Shown here: positions 62,357 through 64,000 of the stretch, piece by piece
Layout: each line of letters opens with the position of its first letter
Position numbering within the stretch: the first letter of the stretch is position 1
Origin: Schmidtea polychroa
Taxonomy: Eukaryota
Reading direction: 5' to 3'
NCBI GenBank assembly: GCA_044892525.1
Contig: CM097886.1
Location: 63,922,001 to 63,986,000 of the forward strand
Length of the DNA stretch: 64,000 nucleotides
Notes under the pieces: model-generated
The model's database searches: none
Told to the model about the DNA's origin: nothing
What the model saw: the letters and a program-made list of their open reading frames with translations, nothing else
Position numbers and translations under genes: made by a program

Positions 62357-63632
62357 TTATTATTAATAATAATAGTGTATTATATATAATTAGTATTTGA
62401 AAATGTTTAAATAAACAATTAAGCACATGTATTCATAGATTAAAATCTTAGACATTTTAACACTATGTCAATAAAGTTAGTGCTATGGGAGTTACCAATA
62501 AAGCATTTAGATCAATTGTTAGGTCAATAAACATTACATTGGATATGAGTAAAGAAAAAGTGGCAAAGATCTTTTTATGAAATCGATAACCATTTAGTCA
62601 CAAAAAATAATAGAAATTAACATCTCTTCTAGTACAAAAGTCGACGATAAAAGTATGGCAAATATATTAAAATAATATATTTCTTTGAAATGAGATTACC
62701 ATTATAAGTGTGCGAAAATGATGATTTTGTCATTCAATGGGCACAATTGATAATAAAAAAATATGTGCACCTTTTGCGTCAAATCGATTCTTAATTTATA
62801 TTATTTTACAAGGTGCTTAATTTATTTTATAAATATTTCGCTATTTATAATGAAATAAGTTTTACATTTTTTTAGAATAATTAGCAATTATTGACCAATG
62901 AAAAAATAAAAATAAAATATATCAAAGTGTAACAAATAGTTATCGTATTATGCGGAATGATTCAAATGCATAGTCAACAAGAAACGTCCATAAACTTCTA
63001 TGAAATCGTACGTACAGTTGAAAATTATGTACGTAATAAAAACTACTAAATTTTAAAGTTGTGATTGTTTAAAAATTATTGCATATGGAAGATATAGCTT
63101 CTACATATTTGTTATTGTAAAATGGTAATTTATTTTTATGTATTCAGGTATCAGGTAAAATAATAATAAAAGGTCATTAATACTTCAGTGACGTAATAAA
63201 AAGATAGTCTAAACCATATTTGGCATGCATTCAATCTTATGGAAATATTTTTCACATTGATCTTAAACTTATACAAACCACAAATTTTACCTGGAACAAG
63301 ATAATAAAAAGATCATAGTGTTTTATTATGTAACAGTTTTTGATAACGATTTTTGATATTTTAAGGACAGTAAATAAAACCTATTTTAAAATTATTTTTT
63401 GATATTATATCTATCTTATGATTAAAATTTATAAGTCTATTTTGAATGATAAACTCTGATTCATTAATAAATTGTTATTGGTACATCAAGTTATTACGTA
63501 ACTACAACTATTACAATTACATAAGATTTATTCTATTTAATTCAATGCTTAAAGTTTCATACATAAGTTTGAATATCACCATTATTAAAGGCCGAACAAA
63601 TATTTCATACTGATTTTCAAAATTTTCATTTA

Positions 63633-63849
63633 CCGTATTTTCCCGCATATAACCCGCATTCGCAGATAACCGTCATACTCAGATACCCCACAAGTTTTTA
63701 AGTTTTGTGTAAAAATTAAGCAATATAGTAAAATAACAAATACTTGTAAAAAATGTTTGATATAACCCGCGCTCATATATATCCCGTACCCCCCCTGTGG
63801 GATACGTAAAATTCGGTATAACCCGCGGGTTATATGCGGGAAAATACGG
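63633..63849. mobile_element. pogo/Tc1-mariner-type MITE (217 bp)
   Basis: Perfect 25-bp TIR CCGTATTTTCCCGCATATAACCCGC with TA on both flanks. Confidence 0.92.
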
Positions 63850-64000
63850 TATAAGAAATTCAGTAATAAATAATTTTCTCCACGAAATTCTATAATATGT
63901 TTCTATATATAATTCTATAAACACAATTGATGATTAATTGAATTTCTCGCTGAATAATATTGGCAAATGATTGTATCGGAATAATAAGTCAACCAAATTT

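Overview
This is very AT-rich eukaryotic (probably invertebrate/parasite) genomic DNA from a gapped scaffold, dominated by transposon debris. I found no rRNA, tRNA or CRISPR. Best-supported contents: (i) a near-intact Penelope-like retroelement (RT + GIY-YIG, one nonsense codon) and two further partial copies, together carrying six minimal type I hammerhead ribozyme (HHR) motifs; (ii) a separate HHR of different sequence in a ~355-bp direct-repeat (retrozyme-like) unit; (iii) a young Ty3/gypsy element on the minus strand with TA...TA LTR ends, four CCHC knuckles, a candidate -1 frameshift signal and a YLHD RT site; (iv) remnants or MITEs of hAT, pogo, mariner, DD37E-like Tc1, Merlin, piggyBac and Helitron; (v) a probable GPI-anchored Ser-Gly proteoglycan-like host gene whose inferred 4.9-kb intron holds an antisense, rearranged eIF3f-like sequence and several long palindromes. 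All family assignments come from motif recognition by eye, with no database search. Coordinates of degraded remnants are approximate.
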